Assembly: GCA_951406725.2 (NCBI GenBank)
Contig: OX597841.1
Span: forward strand, 1,364,001-1,428,000
Direction of reading: 5' to 3'
DNA length: 64,000 nt
Source of the DNA: Octopus vulgaris
Lineage: Eukaryota
Each line of letters opens with the position of its first letter. Position 1 is the stretch's first letter. Under the pieces are notes generated by a model that worked only from the letters and a program-made list of their open reading frames with translations, searched no databases and was not told the origin of the DNA. Below, piece by piece: positions 27,400 to 40,757 of the stretch. Position numbers and translations under genes: made by a program.

Positions 27400-27830
27400 A
27401 ACTGACAAGCATATCTGTAGTATTGAGCAGAATATTTGTTATAATGATACTTCTGCTTCAGCAACTCAGTACTGAATCTGTCTGAAATGAAACTGAAAAT
27501 AAGTTAGTTTCAAAACATTGATGTCCAAGTCACAAAAGCAAAGTTTGAAGGGAATAGTAGTAGTGATTTCTTTTGGTTTCTAGATAGAAGCAAATGGCAA
27601 ATAACACTTACTGGCCAAAAATAACAAGCAACTCTGTAATATTGAGCAGAATATTTGCTACAAGGACATTTTTGCCTCAGCAACCTAGTACTGAATCTGT
27701 CTGAAATGTAATGAAAAATAGGTCAGTTTCAAAACCTTGATGTCCAGGTCACAAAAGCAAAGTGTGAAGAGAATAGAAGTCATTTCCTTTGATTTCTAGA
27801 CAGAAGCAAATAGGAAATAACACTTACTGA
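27400..27830. repeat. Diverged tandem duplication, unit about 218 bp
   Basis: TATTGAGCAGAATATTTG...CAAAAGCAAAG...AATAACACTT occurs twice. Confidence 0.85.
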
Positions 27831-29204
27831 CCAAAGACGTAAAAAAACCAAGATCACTCAGACAGCACAAACCTCTGCCAAGGCAACACCAATGTCCTCT
27901 CAACAATTAGCCAGGGATGATTTTTAAAATGAGAATATCTGAAATAAACACGAGTGCTCTCGCAAACGAGAATACTAAAAATGAACCTGACAGCTCTCAA
28001 AATTAAGTAAAAAAAAAAAAACGAAAAATGATCCCAAATCTTTGTTCGGTACCGGATCTAATCAGTTTGTGCCAGTCATGAGGCCAAACATCACTGAAAG
28101 TTTCATCCGAATTCATCCAGTGGTTCTTGAGATATCTTGGACAAACAACCAAACAAATACGACTGAAAACAATACCTCTGCCTTCACTAAGGTGGAGGTA
28201 AAAAAAATAAAAACTTTGTTGCACAATGTTTCCAGTTATTTTTAAAATTTCACTATCAGGTTATTTCAAAAATTATAACCATGCAATTAATTAATGAATT
28301 AATTATCACATTTTAATTAATGCTGCTCAGGCAAAAGAGACCGATAGAATAAGTACCAGGCTTACAAAGAATAAGTCCTGGGGTCGATTTGCTCGACTAA
28401 AGGCGGTGCTCCAGCATGGCCACAGTCAAATGACTGAAAAAAAAGTAAAAGAGTAAAATAGTAAAAATGAGTCGTCAACAAGTTAACTATTTCACCAATT
28501 AACTAATCAATTGTGTTAATTGTGTAGCCAATCATTCAATTAGCTAATTTTGTCAAAGTCGTTTCGTCACTCTTTGCAACCTGATCTATGGACACGCCCT
28601 CTCTGATTGACAAACCGAGCTAATTGATTGTTTGACCGAACGATTAACGAACCAATTGATTAGTTAGTAAGTTTAATATCTAAATTCAGGGATCTTGTCC
28701 TGCAAGTTACTTGGTGAGTTCACGGTTGATGATGACACATGAAAAAAAAAAGGGGGACCCAATATACCTTGTAAAAGTGGTTGGCGTTAGGAAGGACATC
28801 CAGCTGTAAGAAGTGTAGAAAACCATGCCGGAACAGTCTTCGGACTTGAAAAACAGGCATTAAATGATGGTGATGATGGTGGTGGTTGTGGTGGTGGTGA
28901 TGGTGATGAGGGGAAAGAAGAAGAGAAGGAGGATGATGATGATTGTGATGATGATTATGATGATGGTGATGGTAATGATGATGATGATGACGATGATAAT
29001 GGTTTAATGAATTTAATAATGAAGTGAAATGAGACCAATGCATGTCTTGATCATTAGCATAATGACCCTCCTGATGCAATATATATACATACATACATAC
29101 ATACATAAATACATAATACATACATACATGCATGCATATATACATACATACAGACATACATACATAAATACATACATGCATGCATGCATACATACATACA
29201 TACA

Positions 29205-29240
<36 letters not shown>

Positions 29241-29492
29241 CACATACATATATATACATATACTTACAGACACACACACATATTATGAATTGTTTTAATG
29301 GATTGAGTAATTTTACATTTTCCTCTCTTTCTCTCTCTCTTTCTCTCTGTCTTTGTGATGTGATATGATGTGCTAATACTTGCTGGAGCACTGCCTTTAG
29401 TCAAGCAAATCAACCCCGTAACTTATTCTTTGTAAGCCCAGTACTTATTCTATCGGTCTCTTTTGCCGAACTGTTAAATGACGGGGACGTAA

Positions 29493-29909
<417 letters not shown>

Positions 29910-30116
29910 TAAGTTTTTTTTTTTTTGTAATGTTTTTTTTTTATTATGCCTCCATCCGGGGATTTTTTTAAATCTATTAAAATTAATAGATTATATATTT
30001 TTAATGTATTTATTTATTTAGAGATTTATAAAAAAATGTCTGTGTATTTATATTTTTATTCTATCTTCTACATTTGTCCTTTAAGTCCATCTCTAAAGTC
30101 CATTTCTAAAGTCCAT

Positions 30117-30454
30117 CTCAGACGCCATCCGGCGTCTGGCGACAGACTTGGTAAACACCCACAAAGTTATCAACCACCTCACCAACAACAACGCTGAACA
30201 CCTTTTTGATCTCCATGTGTCTAACACACGTGGACATGCCTACAAAGTCAGAAAACAGCACCGCTCCCATGACTTTCGCAAACATTTTTTCACGCTCAGA
30301 GTTGCTGAAGCATGGAACAAACTGCCTGCGTCAGTTGTTGACTGCCCTGACACTGCATCGTTTAAGGCCCTCATGCTTTCCGAAATCCGCCGAAACTACA
30401 CCTGATTATACATACACTTTAGATGAGTTGTAGTGCACCTGAGCACTGTACACA

Positions 30455-30490
<36 letters not shown>
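30117..30490 (+). mobile_element. CR1-clade LINE 3' end
   Basis: HKVINHL...RKHFFTLRVAEAWNKLP, then GTGCACCTGAGCACTGTAC and (TTA)n tail. Confidence 0.88.
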
Positions 30491-30492
<2 letters not shown>

Positions 30493-30660
30493 ATGGAGTC
30501 ATGTTTGTGGATTGAATTACTGGACCTTTTGTTTCTTAACCTTATGTATTTATATCTTTTATCTCAAGTTTCCCTTGGGCACTTCTATGTCTGAACCTCT
30601 ATATCGTGAGAGAATTTCTAATCAATCTTCTTTCTCAAAACAATTATACATATATATATA

Positions 30661-30953
30661 TCACGTGATCACGTAACCGACCAGGCTATCAGATGTTGCT
30701 ACACATCGCTGGTCACAATGCGTTCGCATTGTTTTAGCCTTCGAATGACGCCACCCCGCTGGCTAAGCGAGCAGGCCAACAGAAGAAAGAGTGGTGAAAG
30801 AGTACAGCAGGGATCACCACCATCCCCTGCCGGAGCCTCGTGGAGCTTTTAGGTGTTTTCGCTCCATAAACACTCACAACGCCCGGTCTGGGAATCGAAA
30901 CCGCGATCCTATGACCGCGAGTCCGCTGCCCTAACCACTGGGCCATTGCGCCT

Positions 30954-30956
<3 letters not shown>
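30661..30956 (-). mobile_element. SINE family D, full length
   Basis: Head GGAGGCGCAATGGCCCAGTGG, B box GTTTCGATTCC, GTGAT-repeat tail. Confidence 0.85.
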
Positions 30957-30990
<34 letters not shown>

Positions 30991-31339
30991 ATTACCTAGG
31001 CCTATTCCCCATTTTTTTAGGCGGGGGTAGCCACAACAAGATACAAACCAGGCATTCCATTCATTTCCCAGCTCAAAGAGGCAAGCCCCTATGCTCGGGT
31101 CAAGGCATAGAACACAATCCCCAATATCAGCAGCGGGGCCCGACAGCATATGCTGGTTTACCCCCGCCTCATCATGCTGGTTCCATACCCCCTTGAGCAA
31201 CATCCACAAACACTCTCCAAGCTCTCCTTTCATCTATAAACTCTCTTGCTTCTCTCTCACTCCAACACCTCTAACCACTAAGGCTTTCCTCACTCCATCC
31301 ATCCATCCACAGAGACCGAGGTCTGCCTCTGTTACCTGT

Positions 31340-31603
31340 CAGAAAGAAGAGTAGAAATTGCCTCGTTTTCAGCTCTACAACAATGTCCAGCAAACTGGAC
31401 TCTCCTACCTTTCACAAGAGATGACACAGGTGGTAGTTTCCCATATATTTGCATTTTGGTTGGATGGCGCTTCCACGAGATATTTTGAGCTCTCATAAGG
31501 AGGCGAGTGTAGGTTCCATCCAACCCCCTCTCAAGCTTCTTTGATAACGTCCAGGATTCTGAGCCCTATAGTAGAATTGGTTCGACTGTGGCTTTGAAGA
31601 TTG
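31340..31603 (-). mobile_element. RTE LINE (second family) ORF fragment
   Basis: FKATVEPILLYGSESWTL...DGTYTRLLMRAQNISW...RRVQFAGHC. Confidence 0.85.
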
Positions 31604-32233
31604 GGTTTACTACCCCACCCAATGCCACCAAATTTCAAGTGAGAGTGTAACAAAAGTTTACCGTTAAGATTCGTGACTAAATTAACGAGCAAGGTTAATA
31701 TTTATAACGAATTTGCCATTTTCAATGGGTGTGTAGCACATACCTAGCACACCCAGAATATACACCCCTGGCAAGCTGGCAGAAACATTAGCACACTGGG
31801 TGAACTGCTTAGCAGTATTTCATCTGTTTTTACATTCTGAGTTCAAATCTTGCCAAGGTCAACTTTGCCTTTCATCTTTTTGGGGTTAATAAATTAAGTA
31901 CCAGTTGTATACTGGGGTTGATGTAATCAACTGCCCCACCTCCCCAAAAATTTCGGGCCAAGTGCCTACAGCAGAAAAGAGTATAAAAGAATATACACCT
32001 CTAGTCTGGGTGTATATCAGGGGTTGATGCTATCAATTCCCTCAGAATTTCTGGTTTTGTGCCTAAATCAGAAAAAAAAAAAAAAAAAAAATGGGCATCG
32101 GACATGCCCTCTAAGAAGAGCATGCCCTCAGACCCTGTCAGTCTCATTGCTCTAGTCATTTGGGGGTGCACTTAAAGACTCTCCCTCCGAGGCACAAGTC
32201 TGAGCAAGGTTGTTTATGGAAGACCAGCAGACT

Positions 32234-32461
32234 GGACCTTGTGGTAGAGCTGAAAAAGAAGTAATTTCTACTCTTCTCCTCTGGAAGCCATCTACTCGCA
32301 ATACCAGAGGGCGCACACTCTCCTACCCTGATGTAATCTCCAGGGATACAGGCATCCAGCAACAGGACCTCCGTAATGCCATGATGGACCGTGAAGTCTG
32401 GCGTAGCATGGTAAATTCCATTGTCTCGACCACGGTTGAACAATGATGATGATGATGATGA
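32234..32461 (+). mobile_element. RTE LINE (second family) 3' end
   Basis: LLLWKPSTRNTRGRTLSYPDVISRDTG...AMMDREVWRSMV then (GAT)n. Confidence 0.85.
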
Positions 32462-33313
32462 GAGGCTGACTTTTAATGAAATCACTGTCACTGATCGTGG
32501 ACGATCTACGAAGGCCAGGTACACCGTTCCTTCCACTTGAACAAATGAATCAAAAGCAAAAAATTCCGACCAATAGCAATAAATTGTCAGTCTATTTGTG
32601 TACACCTATTTTTGTTGCTGCTGTGTAGTCTCATATCGACCATAAACAAGTACAACATATGTCACACGGATAATCAGTTGGAAGACGAGGTTTTTCCACA
32701 GATCCATAGATCTAAATAGGCTACGGCTCTGTCTGGTTGGGGGTTCATATAGCACATTCTGATAAGCTGTGGTTAATTGCATGTGGTATAATGTTGCAGT
32801 CAGATCATATTGGACTCTCCATCTCTCCCTCTCTCTCACCCCTATCTGTCTGTTGCCCAGTCTATTTCTGTCATACAATTGTTAATTTGTCTGCGATGTA
32901 GTCTTGTAGTCTGGATATCCTGTACTCTCGCCGCTGTCCATTCTTTGTTTGACTTGAAGTGAGGGGTTAATTGTGTGTAGTGTAGCACAGCAGTGCAGAC
33001 TGTCTTTGTTGTCCAGTTTATTCCTGTACGTCCACTGCTATAGTTGCCGTTGTGTGGCCCGAGCTGATCCATGATCGTCAAGTCCGGCTAACCTGTTGTA
33101 CAAAGGTAACCGGCTAAACAACGAGGCGTGACCCCCACGAATCAATTTCAGACTTACCAATTTTTGTCGAGTGGACAGACGTTTCAAAAACATGGAGCTG
33201 GGTCTTTGAGAAAATTCATGTAGATAAAAAGGGTCTGTGGTGCTGAAAAAACTGGGAACCAACCACTGGGTTAAGGGGACAGAAAGCAAGAAAGAAAAAA
33301 AACTAAGCTTATA

Positions 33314-33907
33314 TATTTCTTTACTACCCACAAGGGGCTAAACATAGAGGGAACAAACAAGGACAGACAAAGGGATTAAGTCAATTACATCAATCCCAGT
33401 GCGAAACTGGTACTTTATCGACCCCAAAAGGATGAAAGGCAAAGTCGACCTCGGCGATATTTGAACTCAGAACGTAACGGCAGACGAAATACCTATTTCT
33501 TTACTACCCACAAGGGGCTAAACATAGAGGGTACAGACAAACGGATTAAGTCGATTACATCGACCCCAGTGCGTAACTGGTACTTAATTTATCGACCCCA
33601 AAAGGATGAAAGGCAAAGTCGACCTTGGCGGAATTTGATCTCAGAACGTAGTGGCAGACGAAATACCTATTTCTATTTCTTTACTACCCACAAGGGGCTA
33701 AACATAGAGGGGACAAACAAGGACAGACAAAGGGATTAAGTCAATTACATCAACCCCAGTGCGAAACTGGTACTTTTTTTATTGACCCCGAAAGGATGAA
33801 AGACAAAGTCAACCTCGGCGGAATTTGAACTCAGAACGTAACGGCAGACGAAATACCGCAAAGCATTTCGCCTGGCGTACTAACGATTCTGCCAGCTCGC
33901 CACCTTC
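33314..33907 (-). mobile_element. SINE family B trimer bounded by one 18-bp TSD
   Basis: AAAAAAACTAAGCTTATA at 33296-33313 and 33908-33925. Confidence 0.9.
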
Positions 33908-34629
33908 AAAAAAACTAAGCTTATAGGTAACTGCAAATGGAAATAACATAAAGTTATCTGCCCTTAGATTAAAGGAATTCTCTGAATGATTGCAAACAAG
34001 TATTAAGTGAAATGATGGCATTGAACTGGGTGAAGGGAATAGGTGGAGTTCAGGGCTCAAACACACATACAGTCCTTTTGACAGGCTTCAGTATAGTTTT
34101 CTTTCTATGTTGTGTTGGTCAACTCAAGACTTTGATTGTAGAAAACACCAAGAGTCAGTTATACCAACTGCACTATTTTCTTTCTTTTATTAATTTTATT
34201 TTAAAATAATAATAATAATAATAATCATCATCATCATCATACGTCCGCTTTCCATGCTAGCATGGGTTGGACGGTTCAACTGGGGTCTGGGGAGCCCGTA
34301 GGCTGCACCAAGGCTCCAGTCTTATCTGGCAGTGTTTCTACAGCTGGATGCCCTTCCTAACGCCAACCACTCCGAGAGTGTAGTGGGTGATTTTATGTGC
34401 CCCCGACACAGGTGCCAGACGAGGCTGGCAAACGGCCACGCTCGGATGGTGTTTTTTATGTGCCACTGACACAGGTGCCAGACGAGGCTGGCAGACGGCC
34501 ACGCTCGGATGGTGTTTGTTACGTGCCCACAGCACGGAGGCCAGTCGATGTGGTACTGGCTATGGCCACGTTCGGATGGTTTTCTTGTGTGCCACCGGCA
34601 CAAATTCCATTGATGTTCATCTATTTTAA

Positions 34630-34660
<31 letters not shown>

Positions 34661-34917
34661 GTATATGGTGCTCAGGTGCACCACAAATACAGTGCTCAGG
34701 TGCACCACAATTATAAAAAGGGTTAATCTGAGATTTCACTCAACAGAAATATTGAGTAATATAACCAATCCCAGGGTCACAATCCTCATTCATATCCTCT
34801 AATAAATTCACCCTCAGTCCCCATAACATTCATCTTAAGCTTTTACCTGTTCTGTGTATCACATGTGATGCACAACTCAGGTAAGAGTAACTTGGGACTT
34901 ATTTAAGAAAAGCTTTA

Positions 34918-35160
34918 TATTGAGTTGGTGTATTATTATTACAGCTTTTTTTTCGAGAAATTTTATTCTGCAAAAACAACAATATTTAACAAAAACATCT
35001 TTAAGTGACGGTCTGACTGACTGCCAAGCAAATGGGAAGCAGTAATTGAAGTAGATGGTGAATATGCTCCAGAATAACCATTTCAAGATGTTTTTGTTAC
35101 ATGTTGTTATTGTTTTTGTTGAATAAAATTTGTTGCAAGAAAGCCACAATAATTTACTCT
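34918..35160 (+). mobile_element. Internally deleted mariner element
   Basis: Encodes LPSKWEAVIEVDGEYAPE* (mariner C-terminus); imperfect inverted ends. Confidence 0.65.
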
Positions 35161-35331
35161 TTGACTTGTTTCAGTCATTTGACTGCAGCCATGCTGGAGC
35201 ACTGCCTTTAGTCAAGCAAATCGACCTCATGACTTATTCTTTGTAAGCCTAGTACTTACTCTATCGGTCTCTTTTGCCGAACTGCTAAGTTCCGGGGACG
35301 TAAACACACCAGTATCGGTCATCAAGCGATG

Positions 35332-36465
35332 TATTATATACAGTGCTCAGGTGCACCACAACTTGTCAAAAGTGCGTATAAAGCGTATGCAGTAATGTAC
35401 AAATGTCTGGAAAGTGAAGAGTGTATGAGTCAGATACATGCTTGCGTGTGTATGGAGGGGAGAAAATCAGGTGTAGTGTTGGCGAATCTCAGAAAGCATG
35501 GAAGTTTTGAAGGATGCAGTGCTCCAACAACTAACATCTAATGCCGGCAGTTTGTTCCATGCTTCAGCAACTCTTAGCGTGAAAAAATGTTTCCTAAAGT
35601 CATGGGAGCTGTGCTGTTTTCTGACTTTGTAAACATGTCCACGGGTGTTAGACAGGTGGAGTTTGAAAAGGTGCTCAGAGTTATTGTTGGTAAGATGGTT
35701 AATAATTTTATGGGTGTCTGCCAAGTCAGCTGCCAGACGTTGGAGTTTCAATGTGTCCATGCCCAGGGAAGTAAGGTGTTCAGAATATGGCAAATGCCTG
35801 ATGGAGGGTATTGTTTACAGTGCTCAGGTGCACCACAACTTGTAAGAAAGTGTGTATAAAGTATATACAGTAATGTACAAATGTCTGGAAAGCGAACAGT
35901 GTATGAGTCAGATACATGCTTGCGTGTGTATGGAGGGGAGGAGAAAATCAGGTGTAGTGTTGGCGAATCTCAGAAAGCATGGAAGTTTTGAAGGATGCAG
36001 TGCTCCAACAACTAACATCTAATGCCGGCAGTCTGTTCCATGCTTCAGCAACTCTCAGCGTGAAAAAATGTTTCCTAAAGTCATGGGAGCTGTGCTGTTT
36101 TCTGACTTTGTAAACATGTCCATGGATGTTAGACGGGTGGAGTTTGAAAAGGTGCTCAGAGTTATTGTTAGTAAGATGGTTAATAATTTTATGGGTGTCT
36201 GCCAACTCAGCTGCCAGACGTCAGAGTTTCAATGTGTCCATGCCCAGGGAAGTAAAGCGTTCAGAATATGGCAAATGCCTGATGGAGGGTATTCTCTTGG
36301 TTGCACGTCGCTGAACAGCTTCCAGACGATTGATATCCTGGGCAAGATAGGGGTTCCATATCGGTGATGCAAATTCCAGGTGAGGTCGTACCATAGCTAT
36401 ATAAAGCCGCAGATAGATAGCCGGAGAGCAGCTCACAAAGGACTTGGTGAGTGATACCTACACGT
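35332..36465 (-). mobile_element. Two tandem CR1-clade LINE 3' fragments
   Basis: LYIAMVRPHLEFASPIWNPY..DINRLEAVQRRATK...HFFTLRVAEAWN; the last about 480 bp is duplicated. Confidence 0.92.
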
Positions 36466-36513
36466 ACAATACTGCATTCTAACATTTCTTGATGTGTTTT
36501 TCTCTATTTTCAG

Positions 36514-36659
36514 GGGGATAATTTTCTATACAATGCTGGTGGGAAAACTACCTTTTACAACTCCATCTTCTGACCAGTTTCGAAGAAGAGAATTACAGTC
36601 GCAAATTGAGAAAGGCCTTGTGAACTGTCATTTTAAAGAAATGATGCATTTAACACCAG
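36514..36659 (+). CDS. Kinase exon, subdomains IX-X
   Basis: tattttcag|G...G|gtattg; GIIFYTMLVGKLPFTTPSSDQFRRRELQSQIEKGLVNCHFKEMMHLTP; 146 nt, phase 2 to 1, joins both neighbouring exons in frame. Confidence 0.93.
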
Positions 36660-37154
36660 GTATTGTATCCTACATAGATTCATCAAACTGACCCTTGATT
36701 TCTTTTTATTCTGTGAATTTTTTAGCTCTTTAGTGTCCAAACCAGCCATATCTGGCCAAAGTATTCTATCTACTTTATATTCAAACTGGCCAGATCTGAC
36801 CTCTTACACTATCCTACAATGTCACTCTAATAATAATCCATTAGACAGGTGGAGTTTTTGGGTTTTTTTCTCTCTCTCTCCTTGTTTATTTTCTGTGTAT
36901 CTTTCTGTCGAAGAGCGTAGGCTCGAAACGTAAAACACTTGTTTTATTTCTATTCCTGAGTGCTATACTAATACATTTGTTTGTTTGTACTCCACCTGCC
37001 TTCGTCTTTTGTTTAATAATAAGTTACACTATCATCAAAATTCCAAAGATATGAGATAATCCCTGATTAACTTAAAACAATGTGAATAAAGAAGCATTAG
37101 ATCTCACAGAATAATCTGAATGCTTAAAGGGTTACTCTTATGTTCTTTGATATA

Positions 37155-37374
37155 CTCTTTACTCTTTACTCTTTTACTTGTTTCATTCATTTGACTGCGG
37201 CCATGCTGGATCACCGCCTTTAGTCGAGCAAATCGACCCCGGGACTTATTCTTTGTAAGCCCAGTACTTATTCTATCGGTCTCTTTTGCCGAACCGCTAA
37301 GTGATGAGGACGTAAACACACCAGCATCGGTTGTCAAGCAATGCTAGGAGGACAAACACAGACACACAAACATG

Positions 37375-37414
<40 letters not shown>

Positions 37415-37572
37415 CAACGGGCTTCTTTCAGTTTCCGTCTACAAAATCACAAGGCTTTGGTCGGCCCGAGGCTATAGTAGGAGACACTTGCCCAAGATGC
37501 CACACAGTGGGACTGAACCCGGTACCATGTGGTTGGTAAGCAAGCTACTTACCACACAGCCACTCCTGCGCC
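37155..37572 (-). mobile_element. SINE family A, full length
   Basis: Reverse complement of family A. Confidence 0.88.
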
Positions 37573-37879
37573 GATATCTATATCCTTTTATTCTTCCTCT
37601 ACTTCCTGTCATCAGTCTACGACCATGCTGGAGCACTGCCTTTTCATTGAGTCGATCATATCAAACGCCTCCTCTTTTATTCCAGTTGCAGACTTTATTT
37701 TGTTGGTCCCTGTTTCCCAGCTGTTCACACCTGTTCACTTCTGTCCCCTTTTCTAGGGGAAGTTACCTCCCCTAGAAAGCAGACGCAGACAAGGAATTTA
37801 CTCTGGACCACACCTGCTGACACTAAAAAAAGGGATATTCACAGCACTATACACGAATATAAATACATACATACATACA

Positions 37880-37928
<49 letters not shown>

Positions 37929-37944
37929 GTGTGTGTGTGTATAT

Positions 37945-37992
<48 letters not shown>

Positions 37993-38059
37993 CCCGGGTT
38001 GATTCGGGGTTAACCACAGTAAGTAAGGTACTATATAGCATATATATATATATACATAC

Positions 38060-38100
<41 letters not shown>

Positions 38101-38271
38101 GTGGGTATATATATATATATTGGTATGATAGATCGTTGACCACTACACAGATTTTTTTTTCTCTCCTTGTTTTTTCTGTGTCCCTTTCTGTAGAAAAGCG
38201 TAGGCTCGAAACGTAAAAGACCTTTTCTATTCCTGAGCGTTATACTAATACATCAAAGGTAATAATTATTA

Positions 38272-38420
38272 AAATTATAAATTAGGGTATCTACGAGATA
38301 CCACCAAGCTGAAAATCGCAGCCATGATCTGACTTTAAAACCACCTAAGTGGCTTTAAAGTCAGATCATGACTGCTATTTTCAGCATGGTGGTATCTCGT
38401 AGAAACCCTAATTTATAATT

Positions 38421-38421
<1 letters not shown>
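38272..38421. repeat. Palindromic hairpin, 73-bp arms, 4-nt loop
   Basis: Arms 38272-38344 and 38349-38421, about 5 mismatches. Confidence 0.92.
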
Positions 38422-38470
<49 letters not shown>

Positions 38471-38704
38471 GTCTGCGTGCGTGGATATCTTTGTGTTTGT
38501 CCCCCATCAGTGCCTGATAACCAGGGTTGTTTAAGACCCTGCCAACTAGCGTTTCGTCAAAAGGAAGCCGATAGAATAAGTGTCAGGCTTGCAATAAAAT
38601 AATTACTGGGCTCGATATTCCTTCACCAAAAACTTTTCGAAGTGGTGCTCAAGCATGGCCACAGTCTAATCACTGAAACAAGTAAAAGATAAAACACGCA
38701 CATA

Positions 38705-39101
38705 GGCGCAGGAGTGGCTGTGTGGTAAGTAGCTTGCTTACCAACCACATGGTTCTGGGTTCAGTCCCACTGCGTGGCATCTTGGGCAAGTGTCTTCTAC
38801 TATAGCTTCAGGCCGACCAAAGCCTTGTGAGTGGATTTGGTAGACGGAAACTGAAAGAAGCCTGTCGTATATATGTATATGTATATATATGTGTTTGTGT
38901 TTGTCCCCCCTAGCATTGCTTGACAACCGATGCTGGTGTGTTTACGTCCCCGTTACTTAGCGGTTCGGCAAAAGAGACCGATAGAATAAGTACTGGGCTT
39001 ACAAAGAATAAGTCCCGGGGTCGATTTGTTCGACTAAAGGCGGTGCTCCAGCATGGCCACAGTCAAATGACTGAAACAAGTGAAAGAGAGAGTAAAAGAG
39101 A
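38705..39101 (+). mobile_element. SINE family A, full length
   Basis: GGCGCAGGAGTGG head to AAAAGAG tail. Confidence 0.88.
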
Positions 39102-39594
39102 ATACACACACACACACACACACACAAATGTGTGCGAAAGCGTATCGTAAGCCTGGATATAGATTAAAATCTCTAATATGTTCATCGGGTGTGTTTATAT
39201 TTAGAGTCCTCCAGCCATGGATATAAATATCTTTCTCCGAGTCAGAAGTGGTGGAATAGAAAATATTTAAAGTTCAAGGGAAGTAAGTGTGCATGATAAC
39301 TCATGTAGATGAATTGATTATTTCCCTTTAGATGACATCACATTTTTTTTTGTTCATTTACGTCAAATATTTCGTGTTTTTGTGTTGCTGCGGTTCTTTA
39401 AACCCGATCGGTAGACCTTTAACCGACGACGCTCCAGTCGTGACAATCCTGTACGTTTTTAACAATGGTGTAGTCTACTATATCATTGTTCGTTGTCATG
39501 CTGTTTCGTTTTAACTCTCGATTGGCCCTGATCCAGCCGAGTAATGTTTAGGAATTGGACGATCTTTGGTTTTGGGTTGATAAATCCGCAGGAA

Positions 39595-40058
39595 GGCACT
39601 GTCATGCCTTTGGTTGTCAGAAGTGAAAGTAGTCAACTTCGTGTATTTCCGTCAGGTTTATACCTTCGTTAATTTACGCCGTTTATTTACGTACCACCAC
39701 GCTGTTAGGTTTATAAAACAATTGAAGTTCACTTTAAGGTTTATAAATAAATACATTTCATTCTATGCTCTGTTTAAACTATATAAATAAATATATTCTT
39801 GCAGTGTGTGTATATGTGGCTATATGTCTGACTAATGTGTATATATACATGTGTATACATATATATATATACACATGTGTATACATTACACATGAAATGT
39901 ATTTATTTATAAACCTTAAAGTGAACTTCAATTGTTTTATAAACCTAACAGCGTGGTGGTACGTAAATAAACGGCGTAAATTAACGAAGGTATAAACCTG
40001 ACGGAAATACACGAAGTTGACTACTTTCACTTCTGACAACCAAAGGCATGACAGTGCC
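39595..40058. repeat. Perfect 167-bp inverted repeat with 130-bp spacer
   Basis: 39595-39761 is the reverse complement of 39892-40058; no mismatch found by eye. Confidence 0.93.
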
Positions 40059-40319
40059 ATTTGAACAGCTCAAATGGTGCTTTTTACGTGCCACCTGCAC
40101 AGGAGCCAGTCCAGCGGCACTGGCAACGACCGTGCCACCAGCACAAGTACTAGAGAATGCAACACAGCCAGTTGCACACAGTGTCCCAGCTGCGAGGGAC
40201 CGAAGCAGGATGGGTCGGTCAAAACGAGCTTTGTGATGATGCATAAAGATTCTTGTAAACTCCATTTTCTGCTTCCCTCATGCATTATGTGTGTGTGTGT
40301 GTGTGTGTGTGTATGTATA

Positions 40320-40530
40320 CTCTTTTACTTGTTTCAGTCATTTGACTGCGGCCATGCTGGAGCACCGCCTTTAGTCGAGCAAATCGACCCCGGGACTTAT
40401 TCTTTTGTAAGCCCAGTACTTATTCTATCGGTATCTTTTGCCGAACCGCTAAGTAACAGGGACGTAAACACACCAGCATTGGTTGTCAAGCAATGCTAGG
40501 GGGACAAATACAGATACACACACACACACA

Positions 40531-40593
<63 letters not shown>

Positions 40594-40757
40594 GACGGGC
40601 TTCTTTACAGTTTCCGTCTACCAAATCCATTCACAAGGCTTTGGTCGGCCTGAGGCTATAGTAGAAGACACTTGCCCAAGGAGCCACGCAGTTGGACTGA
40701 ACCTGGTACCATGTGGTTGGTAAGCAAGCTACTTACCACACAGCCACTCCTGCACCT
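40320..40757 (-). mobile_element. SINE family A, full length
   Basis: Reverse complement of family A. Confidence 0.88.

Noticed and set aside
28686-28720. ttcag|GGATCTT...TTG|gtgagt as the kinase RDL exon
   Set aside because: It translates to DLVLQVT, not DLKxEN, and similar sequence recurs in a repeat near 61050
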